Positions 27,899 to 37,883 of a stretch of 64,000 nt of DNA are shown here, piece after piece. The notes below the pieces were generated by a model that was not told where the DNA came from, did not search any database, and worked only from the letters and a program-made list of their open reading frames with translations. A program made the translations under genes and the position numbers. The number at the start of each line of letters is the position of its first letter. Positions within the stretch are counted from its first letter, which is position 1. The stretch spans positions 317,681 to 381,680 of the forward strand of contig CAWBPM010000003.1 of the NCBI GenBank assembly GCA_963790825.1. The letters run 5' to 3'. The stretch comes from Candidatus Levyibacteriota bacterium (lineage in GTDB: Bacteria; Patescibacteriota; Microgenomatia; Levybacterales; UBA12049).

Positions 27899-28144
27899 CT
27901 AAATTTGTAATAACCGTGCTAATCTTGGACGATCAAACCCAATGATAACATGTTCTTTTTTCGCTTCGTCAGTAATAATCGTTACCGGAACGCCCATTTG
28001 TCCGGTTTTTTGGACCATTTCACCGGCTTTTTCCCAATTTTCATCCAGCAAAATATCTTCATATTGTACTCCATTTTTCCGTAAGTATTGTTTCTCCATG
28101 ATACAGAATGGACACCTTTTGGTAGAATAAACTTTGACGCTCAT
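27899..28144 (-). CDS. glutaredoxin/NrdH-like thiol-disulfide protein
   Basis: CPFC active site at the N-terminus. 81 aa. Confidence 0.7.
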   Translation of the reverse strand: MSVKVYSTKRCPFCIMEKQYLRKNGVQYEDILLDENWEKAGEMVQKTGQMGVPVTIITDEAKKEHVIIGFDRPRLARLLQI

Positions 28145-28416
28145 TTCTTTTCTCTCCCCACCTTTACAAACTCCTCAATTTCATGAGCAAGTTTGGCAGC
28201 TTTTATATTAATCAGTGAATAATAAACATACTTTCCTTCTTTTTCATCTCTGACTAAACCAGCATTTCGCAATTTCATCAGATGCTGAGACACCGCGGAT
28301 TGAGAAAGACCGCAATTGCCAATTAGTTCCTGAACATTCTTTCTGCCTTTGGAAAGGCAACAAAGAAGTTTTAATCTGACCGGATTTGCCAAAGCAGTAA
28401 CTACAGCGTATTCCAT
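28141..28416 (-). CDS. ArsR/SmtB family transcriptional regulator
   Basis: PVRLKLLCCL...LSQSAVSQHLMKLRNAGLV. 4-nt overlap with the glutaredoxin gene. Confidence 0.7.
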   Translation of the reverse strand: MEYAVVTALANPVRLKLLCCLSKGRKNVQELIGNCGLSQSAVSQHLMKLRNAGLVRDEKEGKYVYYSLINIKAAKLAHEIEEFVKVGREKK

Positions 28417-28438
28417 ATTGACATATTAGCATTTACTA

Positions 28439-28795
28439 ATGTATCATGTCAATATGATTGATTTATCAAATCAGAAAATTCCCCAAGTTAGTGCCAGTGA
28501 TGTTTATCGGGCGGTTACGGAGAAAAACGAATGCGTTATTTTAGATGTCCGCACTCCTCAGGAATATGCAAGGGGAAAAATTGCGGGAAGCATAAATGTT
28601 CCCCTTAGCGACATAGGGAAAAATATACAAAACATCATTCCTGATAAATCCGTAACTATTTATGTGTATTGTCTTAGCGGATCACGAAGTGTGCTTGCAG
28701 TGGATACTATGACACATATGGGGTATACTCATGTGTATAATATAATAAGCGGACTCTTAGCCTGGCGGGGTAGTAAATATCTCTTGGTAATATAA
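28439..28795 (+). CDS. rhodanese-domain protein
   Basis: ILDVRTPQEYARGKIAGSINVP...YVYCLSGSRS (active-site Cys loop). Confidence 0.7.
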   Translation: MYHVNMIDLSNQKIPQVSASDVYRAVTEKNECVILDVRTPQEYARGKIAGSINVPLSDIGKNIQNIIPDKSVTIYVYCLSGSRSVLAVDTMTHMGYTHVYNIISGLLAWRGSKYLLVI

Positions 28796-28799
28796 ATTT

Positions 28800-29240
28800 A
28801 TGTCCAAAATTATTTTTGTCATAATTGTCTTAACGGTTGCGGCTTTTAGTCTGGGAGAATTTGTTTCCTCAAGTCAGTATAAAGGAAATTCAAGTTCCGC
28901 TGTGTTAGACGAAACAAGTTCTTTTACTAATCTTTCTCCCGAAGAATTTCTTCAGTCACTTTCGACTGATCAATATAAACTGTTAGATGTCAGAACAGAG
29001 AGCGAATATGCTGCCGGGCATTTAAAAAATGCAATACAAATTGATTACTATCAAACGCAGAGATTTTCCGATTATTTAGATTCTTTAAATAAAAAAGCAA
29101 AGTATCTGATTTACTGCCGTACCGGACACCGCTCTGCTGCCGCGATGCAGATCATGAAAGAGAAAGGATTTCAAAACGTCTCGGATTTAGCCGGTGGATA
29201 TAACGCCTGGATCGCAAGCGGCTTACCGGTTGTGAAATAA
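28800..29240 (+). CDS. rhodanese-domain protein with N-terminal TM
   Basis: LLDVRTESEYAAGHLKNAIQID...IYCRTGHRSA. Confidence 0.7.
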   Translation: MSKIIFVIIVLTVAAFSLGEFVSSSQYKGNSSSAVLDETSSFTNLSPEEFLQSLSTDQYKLLDVRTESEYAAGHLKNAIQIDYYQTQRFSDYLDSLNKKAKYLIYCRTGHRSAAAMQIMKEKGFQNVSDLAGGYNAWIASGLPVVK

Positions 29241-29286
29241 AATTTTTATTACAATCTTTTTATTCGAAGGTTTTGGCTACAAAAAA

Positions 29287-29484
29287 TCAGCTGATTGTCA
29301 CGATTAAGATTTGGTGCTTCTCATTTCCTGAGCTGTCAATTTTGTTTAACACTATCTTAAATCCTACTTTCTCAACTAACTTAGTGAAAGCTTCTAAATA
29401 CTTTATGCTTTCGAACTGGTTCCGTCTCATTGCATAATCATCAGCAGCCTTTTCGTATCCTTGTTTAACAAAATCATTAGACAT
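29287..29484 (-). CDS. small hypothetical protein (65 aa)
   Basis: ORF only. Tandem with the GNAT gene. Confidence 0.25.
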   Translation of the reverse strand: MSNDFVKQGYEKAADDYAMRRNQFESIKYLEAFTKLVEKVGFKIVLNKIDSSGNEKHQILIVTIS

Positions 29485-29491
29485 ATATAAA

Positions 29492-29959
29492 TTATAGCTC
29501 CATCTGTAGCGTCACATCAAAATCACTAAATCCGCAGGCATGGTAAAAATGAATCGCTTTTTCGTTTTGAGCTGCTGCTTCCACTTTAAATCTGGTTGCA
29601 CCTTTTTCTTTCGCAAGTTTTCTTGCTTCCACCATTAATCTTTTGCCAACCCCATTTCTCCTATATGTTTCTTCTATAAACATATTATCCAGTTCTGCAA
29701 TCGGATTTTGTTTCCGAAATGGAAGATTATAAATTGATACGGCAATATATCCGATGATTTTTTTATCAACCTCGGCAACCAGCGCAATACCTTTTTCGCC
29801 CTCTATGGCTTTTTTAAATGCACCCCTTCCAACTTCCGAATATGTCCAATCTAGATTATATTCGTCGTTGAAAATAGTCTCGTAATCAAAAAGCATTTTA
29901 TTTAATCTTAGAATTTCTTCCAAGTCTCTCATTGTCGCTGGTCTTATTCGTATATCCAT
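29492..29959 (-). CDS. GNAT family N-acetyltransferase
   Basis: Motif A RRNGVGKRLMVEARKLAKEKG. ...FYHACGF. Confidence 0.7.
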   Translation of the reverse strand: MDIRIRPATMRDLEEILRLNKMLFDYETIFNDEYNLDWTYSEVGRGAFKKAIEGEKGIALVAEVDKKIIGYIAVSIYNLPFRKQNPIAELDNMFIEETYRRNGVGKRLMVEARKLAKEKGATRFKVEAAAQNEKAIHFYHACGFSDFDVTLQMEL

Positions 29960-30018
29960 ACCAGGATTATATCATTGATTCATCAAACCAGAGAGTTGTT
30001 TTAATTCTGGAAGATTAT

Positions 30019-31296
30019 TTATACCGAAGTTTCCGGGTAAACGGAGCGGAATTCGCGAATTGCAGTTACTTTTACTTCTCCCGGCACTGCCATGGACTTA
30101 CTGATTTCTTCTTGGAGTTTACGGGCAAGAATTGTAGTCTGGGCATCATCGAGTCTCCCGGGATTAATAATAACCCGAAGCTCCCGACCTGCTTCAAACG
30201 CGAATGCTCCTTCAACACCTTCATATTTCTTCGCCAGTTCTTCCATGTCTTTTAAGCGTTTGGCATAATTTTCAATGTCGGCAAACCGCGCTCCTGGCCT
30301 GGCAGCTGAAACTGCATCTGCAATGTGAACAATAATAGATTCTACGGAAGAAAACGGCTTATCTTCATGATGCTCTGCGACAATGTTAATAACAAGCTCT
30401 GGAAAATTATACTTTTTTAGAAGTTCAACGCCTAATTTTACATGGCTGCCGTCTCCTTCAACAATTTTTCCGATATCATGAAACAGTCCTGCCAGACGAA
30501 CGATATTTACATCCGCGCCAACTTCCTGCGCCAGGTGTACGGCTATTTTTCCAACCTCCAGAGAATGAACTGCCAGATTCTGACCGTAGGAAGTTCTGAA
30601 TTTAAATCTCCCAAGCATCGTATATAAATCAGCCGGTAAATTGTAAACATTCATTTCTGAGGCTATTTTTTCGCCTTCCGCGAACATGATTTTATCCAGT
30701 TCTTCTCTGGTCTGCTCAACTATTTCCTCAATTCTAAATGGTTGGATACGCGTATCTTTCAGAAGTTTTTCCAAGGAGCGCCTGGCAACTTCTCTTCGGA
30801 TTTGATCAAAACAGGAAAGGCGGATTATTCCTTCTTCGTCCAGATCGACATCAACTCCTGTAGCCTGTTCAAACGCCCGTATATTTCGCCCTTCTTTCCC
30901 GATAATTCTGCCTTTCATTTCTTCATCGGGTACTTTCACAATGGAAACAGTAAATTCCGCCACATAATTTAAAGCACCATGCTGGATGCTATCAACCAGA
31001 ATTTCCTGACCCTTTTTATCGGCAGTTCTTTTCGCTTCTTCTTCTTTTTCTTTAATAATCTTGGCAATCTGTTGCGTGGAATTTCTTTCAGTTTCCGTTA
31101 GAAGTTCGGATCTTGCTTCATCCTGCGTCAGACCTGAAGCTTTCTCAAGTTTCTGTACGTATTCTTTTCGCTTATTTTCAAGCTCTTCACGTCCGCGGTT
31201 TAGCTCCTCTGTTTTCTGTTCGAGTTTTTCCTGACGTTCCAAAAGCTTTTTTTCGAGTTCTAATAAATCCTGATGTGTACTGTTATTATCAGACAT
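30019..31296 (-). CDS. rny: ribonuclease Y (KH + HD domains). The N-terminal TM anchor is apparently absent.
   Basis: KH GKEGRNIRAFEQATGVDV. HD HSLEVGKIAVHLA...LFHDIGK. N-terminal coiled coil. Confidence 0.8.
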   Translation of the reverse strand: MSDNNSTHQDLLELEKKLLERQEKLEQKTEELNRGREELENKRKEYVQKLEKASGLTQDEARSELLTETERNSTQQIAKIIKEKEEEAKRTADKKGQEILVDSIQHGALNYVAEFTVSIVKVPDEEMKGRIIGKEGRNIRAFEQATGVDVDLDEEGIIRLSCFDQIRREVARRSLEKLLKDTRIQPFRIEEIVEQTREELDKIMFAEGEKIASEMNVYNLPADLYTMLGRFKFRTSYGQNLAVHSLEVGKIAVHLAQEVGADVNIVRLAGLFHDIGKIVEGDGSHVKLGVELLKKYNFPELVINIVAEHHEDKPFSSVESIIVHIADAVSAARPGARFADIENYAKRLKDMEELAKKYEGVEGAFAFEAGRELRVIINPGRLDDAQTTILARKLQEEISKSMAVPGEVKVTAIREFRSVYPETSV

Positions 31297-31420
31297 AAAA
31301 ATTGCAGCAATAGAGGAGGGCTTTTAGAGCCCCAGTAAAAGTGTACTATAATTAGCTTGATCTATGATTTGCATAAATCCCCAACAATTTCTATTGCCAC
31401 CAGTTATTATTATACGTTAC

Positions 31421-31888
31421 TTAAAAAGTATCGTCAATCGCTTTTTTAATAATCTCCCATCTAAATCCCCGACGAGCCAGGAATGCACCGGCTTTTTGAT
31501 ATAATTCTTGCTTTGTCAGTCCTGTATATCGATCTCTACGGCTCTTAAGTAGATTTTTAGCCAGCGTATAATCGTCAGGCTTCTCTGAGTCGTCTTCAAA
31601 AGAAGCAAATGCCTCCTCTATCGTGTCTTTATTTACTCCTTTTAGCCGAAGTTCGAATTCCACAACACTTCGACTTTTGGGCTTATAGGTAGTCCTGCTT
31701 CGTATCCACGACTTGGCAAATTCCAGGTCGCTCAGGAATTTTTGCTGCTTTAAAACGCTAATTACTTTTTCTATTACTTCCTCCGAGGCTTGATGTTTTA
31801 AGAGATTATCGCGAACTTCTTTCTCGGAGCGGGAACGAATAGATAAAAATCTGATCGCGAGATTAAGATACCTTTGGTAGTGTTCCAT
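31421..31888 (-). CDS. recX: regulatory protein RecX
   Basis: Three-helix-repeat protein of RecX size, immediately downstream of recA. Confidence 0.6.
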   Translation of the reverse strand: MEHYQRYLNLAIRFLSIRSRSEKEVRDNLLKHQASEEVIEKVISVLKQQKFLSDLEFAKSWIRSRTTYKPKSRSVVEFELRLKGVNKDTIEEAFASFEDDSEKPDDYTLAKNLLKSRRDRYTGLTKQELYQKAGAFLARRGFRWEIIKKAIDDTF

Positions 31889-31921
31889 AACTTTTAGCCA
31901 ATTATAGCATTAAAGAGGAAT

Positions 31922-33037
31922 TTAGGTTGATTTTGTGGAGTTATTATTTCCCGTTTCTTCGTCACTTTCTTCCATACCGACTGCCACCGGCATTGGGACG
32001 GCTCCGTCTTTTGATTTGGCCATAATTTCCGAAACAATTTTTTTCGTTTGATCCGGATTTTCTTTCAGCCAATCCATGGCAGCAAGTTTACCCTGTCCCA
32101 TCATCGTTTCGCCATATCTGTAAAACGCCCCTGATTTTTGAACAATTCCCATTTCAACGCCGACATCCATAATCCCGCCCTCCCGGGAAATTCCTGCTCC
32201 TGTAACATCAAATTCTGCCAATCTGAAAGGCGAGGATACTTTATTTTTTACCACCTTCACACGGTGCCGGGAACCTACTGCTCTATCTCCTTCCTTAATC
32301 GTTTCTATTTTACGAACATCCATACGAATAGTCGCGTAAAACTTAAGTGCAAGTCCGCCTGTTGTGGTTTCAGGATTACCAAACATCACGCCGATTTTCT
32401 GGCGCAATTGATTGGTAAAAATTACCACGGTTTTTGATTTCGAGATAACGCCGGTCAGTTTTCTTAATGCCTGTGACATAAGCCTTGCTTGGAGTCCCAT
32501 CACCGATTCTCCCATTTCTCCTTCAATCTCAGCTCGTGGAACGAGCGCTGCTACCGAGTCAATAACCAACACATCAACCGCTCCCGAACGAACCAAACTT
32601 TCGGTAATTTCAAGCGCCTGTTCTCCTGTATCCGGTTGGGAGATAAGAAGATCATCCAGTTTTACACCTAACCGCGCAGCCCACAATGGATCAAGCGCGT
32701 GCTCCGCGTCGATAAACGCAGCAATCCCGCCATGCTTTTGCGCTTGGGCAATTGTTGAGAGACAAACCGTAGTTTTTCCCGACGACTCAGGACCATAAAT
32801 TTCGATAATCCTGCCCCGCGGAAGTCCCCCGACACCAAGTGCTATATCTAAAGGCAAACAGCCGGTTGAAATAACTGAAATATCCAGTTTTTGTGCCGCT
32901 TCGCCAAAACGCATGATAGAACCCCTGCCATACTGTTTCTCAATTTGGTCCATGGCTATACGGATTGATTCTAATTTCGCGGAAGCGTCACTGGGGGCTT
33001 GCATTGTTTTCGCATTATTCGTGTGTGTCCGTGCCAT
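31922..33037 (-). CDS. recA: recombinase RecA
   Basis: Walker [11 protein letters not shown]1/L2 loop consensus. Typical length. Confidence 0.95.
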   Translation of the reverse strand: MARTHTNNAKTMQAPSDASAKLESIRIAMDQIEKQYGRGSIMRFGEAAQKLDISVISTGCLPLDIALGVGGLPRGRIIEIYGPESSGKTTVCLSTIAQAQKHGGIAAFIDAEHALDPLWAARLGVKLDDLLISQPDTGEQALEITESLVRSGAVDVLVIDSVAALVPRAEIEGEMGESVMGLQARLMSQALRKLTGVISKSKTVVIFTNQLRQKIGVMFGNPETTTGGLALKFYATIRMDVRKIETIKEGDRAVGSRHRVKVVKNKVSSPFRLAEFDVTGAGISREGGIMDVGVEMGIVQKSGAFYRYGETMMGQGKLAAMDWLKENPDQTKKIVSEIMAKSKDGAVPMPVAVGMEESDEETGNNNSTKST

Positions 33038-33140
33038 AATATGTGTAAAATATATACGAGATTATGCTAAAATACAAGATAGCAAAATCAGTTATCGGTT
33101 ATTAATTTTTTGCTTGAAAATGCAAATTAAAAATTTAAAA

Positions 33141-33211
33141 CGGGGAATAGTATAGCGGTAGTACGCCGCGCTGGGGGTGCGGTAGCGGGAGTTCAATTCT
33201 CCCTTCCCCGA
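33141..33211 (+). tRNA. tRNA-Pro (anticodon GGG), no encoded CCA
   Basis: Acceptor CGGGGAA/TTCCCCG. Anticodon stem ccgcg/tgcgg with loop cTGGGgg. T-arm gggag-TTCAATT-ctccc. Discriminator A. Confidence 0.75.
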
Positions 33212-33215
33212 CACT

Positions 33216-34364
33216 AGAAGCGTATCAAAAATGGCAGTTAGAAATTAAAAAAACGTTGGCAGGACAACGTCGTGTTTTTTAGTCATACTTACCCCTGTTT
33301 TCCCGTTCATGTATCTAAATTTACCTCTGCAATCAGTGTATTTAGTAAAACGTCGTTTCAGGATATATCCGTTAAACCATAATCTAGCATGAGTTAGGGA
33401 TTGGAATGAACGAAGCGAGAAAAGCCGGGCTTCAAGATGACCATTTAAGCCTTCAATCATATTTGAGGTAATAGGTGCTCGCGGTATATTCCTGTAGGCT
33501 GTAAGTTCCGGTTTGTATTTCTCAATATTTGTCAGTATAGATAGACAGAGAGGATCCGTATGATAGTCTTTGTAAAGAGCAAATAACTTTTTATTCATAG
33601 CATCATCTGATAGTTTTTCAGTGAGTATATCCTCAATTCTTCTCATAAAGGGTTTATAGGTAGTATCTGATCTGACCTTGAGGTTCCCTCTGATATTTTC
33701 TTTGAAATGGTTAAAGCAGGTTTGAATCTTAACCTCCGGAAAGCTGTTTCTGGCAGCCAGCTTAAGATTAGTATTATCATCACAAACTAATAATTCTATA
33801 TATCTATTTAGAATTCTAAAGATAGAGAAATACGTTGCCCAGGCTGAATAGTTTTCAGAAGGTGCAAGGATAAATACAGGGATATCATGTTTGAAATAAT
33901 CAATTCCCCAAAGCAGTGCATAATCATATTCAAATCCTTTGATATTAAAATACTTCCCATCGCAGACATAGATATTGGAAAATCTATTACAATACTTAAA
34001 GCTAAACTTATTATTATCAGGCAGCTTTAGCAGTGCTTCCTCACATACTCTCCAGGCTGTCATGGAAGAGGTATCATACTTTATAGCTAGTTTTCGAAAG
34101 GATAAACCATCCAAATGATCATTCAATATTGCTTTTGAATCCAGATGAATTGTCTTAATGGAAAAATATATTACGCACTTTTTACATTTATAGCGAATGG
34201 AGTTTCCTCGTTTTGTATGACGGATAACAGACCTTGTTGATTGACACGTGGGGCATTTGTATTTCTTCATACTGAAAGTACTTTACGTATACCCCATCTT
34301 TTACTTGTTTATATTGCAATGTCAAGTAATACTACCTATTGCAACTGCCATTTTTGATACGCTG
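33216..34364 (-). mobile_element. IS element (IS1595-family-like) with perfect 20-bp terminal inverted repeats (33220-33239 GCGTATCAAAAATGGCAGTT; 34343-34362 AACTGCCATTTTTGATACGC)
   Basis: TIRs read directly. A single transposase ORF lies inside. TCCCCGACACT (the tRNA 3-prime end) is present at both outer flanks (33205-33215 and 34365-34375). Confidence 0.7.
33245..34270 (-). CDS. transposase with N-terminal zinc ribbon (IS1595-like DDE family)
   Basis: CPTCQS...CKKC zinc finger. Acidic residues in VCDGKYFN, LVCDDNTNLK, FNHFKENIRG. Confidence 0.55.
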   Translation of the reverse strand: MKKYKCPTCQSTRSVIRHTKRGNSIRYKCKKCVIYFSIKTIHLDSKAILNDHLDGLSFRKLAIKYDTSSMTAWRVCEEALLKLPDNNKFSFKYCNRFSNIYVCDGKYFNIKGFEYDYALLWGIDYFKHDIPVFILAPSENYSAWATYFSIFRILNRYIELLVCDDNTNLKLAARNSFPEVKIQTCFNHFKENIRGNLKVRSDTTYKPFMRRIEDILTEKLSDDAMNKKLFALYKDYHTDPLCLSILTNIEKYKPELTAYRNIPRAPITSNMIEGLNGHLEARLFSLRSFQSLTHARLWFNGYILKRRFTKYTDCRGKFRYMNGKTGVSMTKKHDVVLPTFF

Positions 34365-34501
34365 TCCCCGACACTTCGACTCACAAGGAGAAGTGCCCTG
34401 AACCTGCCGAAGGACAATTTAAACTATAACTCTTCGATCTTATGAAAAATAAACTTCTTAAAAATATACGCCTGCAGTTATTAATTAGTATGAATTTTCA
34501 A

Positions 34502-35929
34502 TCAGGTATTAATGTGCTTTCCTTGGAGAGTTTGCCAAAGTATTTTTAGAGAGCCTCGCCATTTCTTCATCTTATATCTTCCCTTAACGTGAGTTTTTGT
34601 CCATACATCGGGAAATACATTTGAGGCTTTATATTTTTCTCTTAACTTTTTGTACCAATCGTAATCGTAAATCTGCCAGAATTCATTTTCTGTATAATAC
34701 TGATGAGCATAAAGCATTTTACGGCCATCCATCTTTTTTATTTCTGCTTCAAATTCTCTATTTATTCGAATTGGATCTTTAAGATATTTCTCTGTTTGAC
34801 CCCACACCCCAACATCAATTAAAAAATCGTCTGTGTCAATAAAATGGGGAGATAATTTTTGTAGAGTTTCGCTTGGTTTTATCGGACAGAGCCATATAGG
34901 CCAAATATCAACTGTTTTTGCAGAATATTCAAGGAAACCAGCTGTTTTATTCCATGGCAGATAAAAATCCTGCACTAACCAATCTTGGCCCATATTTACA
35001 GCGTGTAATCCATCAAATAATTTTCTTGTATTCATCAGTGGATTTAGTAGATATCTGATCAGTTTATTGTTCGGGATATGAAAGAAGGGAAATACGAATT
35101 CTCCTGTCCAAAATGCGCCACGATTGTATCTGAATAGATAATCAACAATAGGAATTAGCTCTTCGCTGTCTTTTAAAGAATTGGCAATATTTCTTGCCCG
35201 TTCATAAAACCAAAGATCTCTGGCTTTGGAGTATGTTTTTATTGCTAACGTCCCGTTTTCTACTAATTCTCCCGTAATTATAACTGAGCGATTTGGACTA
35301 AAAATAATACCTTCCAGAAAATCTATGTTTCTATCATCAAGAAGTTTATGTATTTTAGCCAAAGTTTCTTTATAACTATTCGTTACCGTATGTTTTACTC
35401 GCACGTACTTTGACGCTTTACTGAGACGTAGTTTAATTAGGCTTAAAAGACCTAGGCTTCCGTAAGCTCCGGAAATAGCAGAGAAAATATCTTGATTTTG
35501 TTTTGCAGATGCCTTAATAATTTCTCCGCTACCTAAAATAATTTCATACTCCTGAGCATTATCATTGAATTGTCCGAATCTAAATGACGAGCTTTCGAGA
35601 GCTGTTCCGTTAACTGCCCCTCCTACGCTAATCCCCGGAAATTCCATAACAACGGGAGGTATTAGACCGAAACGCAGTGTAGCGGCAACTAATTTATCCA
35701 TCGGAACATTTGGCTCTACGAGAACAAATCCGTCCTCAGCGTTAATCTCGATAACTTCATCTAAATGAGATATGTTTATCCAATGATATTCGTTCTGGCT
35801 GTTTTCCCTGGTCGAGTTACTATTACCGTGATAAAAACGAAGTTTTTTATCTTTTCTTGACTTACCGTATTCTTTTATTTGTCTTGCTATAGCCGCAATT
35901 TTTTTTTCATGTTTTTCTAATGATTTCAT
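34502..35929 (-). CDS. FAD-binding oxidoreductase (PCMH-type FAD domain; DprE1/GlcD/ALO-like)
   Basis: ...FPGISVGGAVNGTALESSS... FAD-binding region. About 475 aa. Confidence 0.55.
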   Translation of the reverse strand: MKSLEKHEKKIAAIARQIKEYGKSRKDKKLRFYHGNSNSTRENSQNEYHWINISHLDEVIEINAEDGFVLVEPNVPMDKLVAATLRFGLIPPVVMEFPGISVGGAVNGTALESSSFRFGQFNDNAQEYEIILGSGEIIKASAKQNQDIFSAISGAYGSLGLLSLIKLRLSKASKYVRVKHTVTNSYKETLAKIHKLLDDRNIDFLEGIIFSPNRSVIITGELVENGTLAIKTYSKARDLWFYERARNIANSLKDSEELIPIVDYLFRYNRGAFWTGEFVFPFFHIPNNKLIRYLLNPLMNTRKLFDGLHAVNMGQDWLVQDFYLPWNKTAGFLEYSAKTVDIWPIWLCPIKPSETLQKLSPHFIDTDDFLIDVGVWGQTEKYLKDPIRINREFEAEIKKMDGRKMLYAHQYYTENEFWQIYDYDWYKKLREKYKASNVFPDVWTKTHVKGRYKMKKWRGSLKILWQTLQGKHINT

Positions 35930-36026
35930 AAATACTATATTTATTTTATATAAAAAGTATAGCAGAGATACTCTGCGCTTTGAACATTGTGGTGTGAATA
36001 AAAATTAGTAATAAATAACGAAAGAT

Positions 36027-36515
36027 TTATGTGGAATGTGCTGTGGATTCAAGTTTGGTAAGCCTTTTCCCATGATCTTTTACTGTTATTTCCAATTCTC
36101 TTGTATGATGGACACCCACCTCATTATCTATTCTTAAATCATCAACTACTTTTACAAACCCATCGAGTGTCGTAATAACTCTGTCTATTTTTAAACTTAA
36201 TCGTTCTTCGACAGTGTCAATTTTTGCTTCAAGTCTTGATTCTACTCCGTCAATTTTTTTCTCAAGTCGGCTCTGACCATCTTCTATATTCCCTACTTTA
36301 CCCTCTATGTTTTCAATTCGTTCTTCAACCTGCAGGATTTCTCCCCGTAAATTTTTTTCGACTTGTTTCAATTCTGTTTTTGTGGAGAATTTTTTTAAAT
36401 CTTTTTTTGTGGCAAACTGTTTGAGATCGTCCTTAGTCGCAAAGTTTTTTAGACTTTTTTGAAGAGAAGAGATATCCTGTTTGGTTGCAGGTTGCAAGGT
36501 AGTTGCGTGATTCAT
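36027..36515 (-). CDS. coiled-coil protein with tandem KxFATKxDLKxF repeats
   Basis: KNFATKDDLKQFATKKDLKKFSTKTELKQ, then heptad-like EExIExxEGKV repeats. Confidence 0.4.
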   Translation of the reverse strand: MNHATTLQPATKQDISSLQKSLKNFATKDDLKQFATKKDLKKFSTKTELKQVEKNLRGEILQVEERIENIEGKVGNIEDGQSRLEKKIDGVESRLEAKIDTVEERLSLKIDRVITTLDGFVKVVDDLRIDNEVGVHHTRELEITVKDHGKRLTKLESTAHST

Positions 36516-36630
36516 AATGCAAATTAGTATATCACCGAGTATTCTGATCGTGTCAATAGATCAACAAACAGTATTTTGATAATGTTTCTCCTCACACAAC
36601 TTATTATTTCACCATATTAATACGCCCGGA

Positions 36631-37536
36631 TTGACAGGAAAGCCTTACCGTCTCTATGATGAAAGTACTATGGCTTCTTCGCATTTTACACATTTAAAAA
36701 AGAAGTGGCTCAGGAAACACCAAGTACTTCAGAAAAAATTATTGACCGCTCATAAAGATGTTTTGCGGAATCTTGACAGTAGGCAACACCTTATCGCAAC
36801 ATTGATGCTTGCAAGTACTCCATTTTTGAGTATTTCGCCGGCAATGGCAGAGGCTGCACTTAGCACATACCAGACAACAAATACAAATAATCAGACCACT
36901 CCTCCTCTGACACGTGAAAGTCTTAGTGCTCTACTAAGCAGTAAATTACCACCCGTTGTACGGGTATTAACTCCCAATGAAGAAAATGATATTGCCGCTT
37001 CTCTTTCTGCTAATCTGCATATGAAAATTACCGCCGAACTTCAAGGAATTCGTTTGAATAGAAGTTATGGAATCATCGGAAAAGAGCAGCATCTGCGAAG
37101 GTTTCCCGGAGATTCGATCTATGACCATATTGATTCTGAAAGCAATGTGCCGGTTTCAGACGGCGTAGCACCGGGGCTTGGCGCGTGGGGTTATTTCGCA
37201 TCCAGTAAAGAACAAATGACGATTGAGGATAGTTTACGGGAAAAATATTATATTGCTGTTCCGACGTTTCTTTCTCCCGGCTGGAATGAGCATATCGGTG
37301 AGTATGGTATTTTTTTTAAATATCGAAAAATGATTGTTATTAATCCGGATAACGGAAAAGCAATTGTTGCGGATATCGCAGATGCCGGACCTGCTCCGTT
37401 TACCGGCAAGAACCTCGGCGGTTCTCCTGAAGTGATGCAGTATCTGGAACGGGTTGACGGGGCAGGACGAGGACCGGTATTATATTTTTTTATCGATGAT
37501 CCGCATGATACAATTCCGTTAGGACCGGTCTTATGA
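36631..37536 (+). CDS. hypothetical protein with C-terminal RlpA-like double-psi beta-barrel-like segment
   Basis: ...KMIVINPDNGKAIVADIADAGPAPFTGKNLGGSPEVMQYL resembles DPBB/RlpA cores. Low certainty. Confidence 0.35.
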   Translation: MTGKPYRLYDESTMASSHFTHLKKKWLRKHQVLQKKLLTAHKDVLRNLDSRQHLIATLMLASTPFLSISPAMAEAALSTYQTTNTNNQTTPPLTRESLSALLSSKLPPVVRVLTPNEENDIAASLSANLHMKITAELQGIRLNRSYGIIGKEQHLRRFPGDSIYDHIDSESNVPVSDGVAPGLGAWGYFASSKEQMTIEDSLREKYYIAVPTFLSPGWNEHIGEYGIFFKYRKMIVINPDNGKAIVADIADAGPAPFTGKNLGGSPEVMQYLERVDGAGRGPVLYFFIDDPHDTIPLGPVL

Positions 37537-37883
37537 ACAAAACAATGAACAAACATTTTTATACCCATCTTATTTCTCTTGATTTAGTTAACCGTGAGTT
37601 ACTTAGTCTTACTATTTCTGAAGATGAGCGAGTAGAGTTAATTAGTATTATCCATTCCAGTCTTCACTATACGATTATCAATCTTGTACTTTCCCATTTG
37701 GAAACAAAAGACAAAAAAACTTTTTTAGCCCAGGCAGCGAAAAATGATCACACTAAAACCTGGACGTTTCTAAAAGCAAAAACAGAACACATGGAAGAGG
37801 AAATTATCAAAGCTGTAAAAAATTTGGAAAAGGAATTTCTACAAGATATCGAGGAGCTACGCAAAGAAAAGTCTCTAAAATAG
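37533..37883 (+). CDS. hypothetical protein (4-nt overlap with the upstream gene)
   Basis: ORF only. Confidence 0.35.
   Translation: MNKTMNKHFYTHLISLDLVNRELLSLTISEDERVELISIIHSSLHYTIINLVLSHLETKDKKTFLAQAAKNDHTKTWTFLKAKTEHMEEEIIKAVKNLEKEFLQDIEELRKEKSLK

Noticed and set aside
32138-32798. Plus-strand ORFs inside recA (32138..32437, 32412..32798, 32489..32671)
   Set aside because: They are antisense to recA, an unambiguous high-confidence gene.
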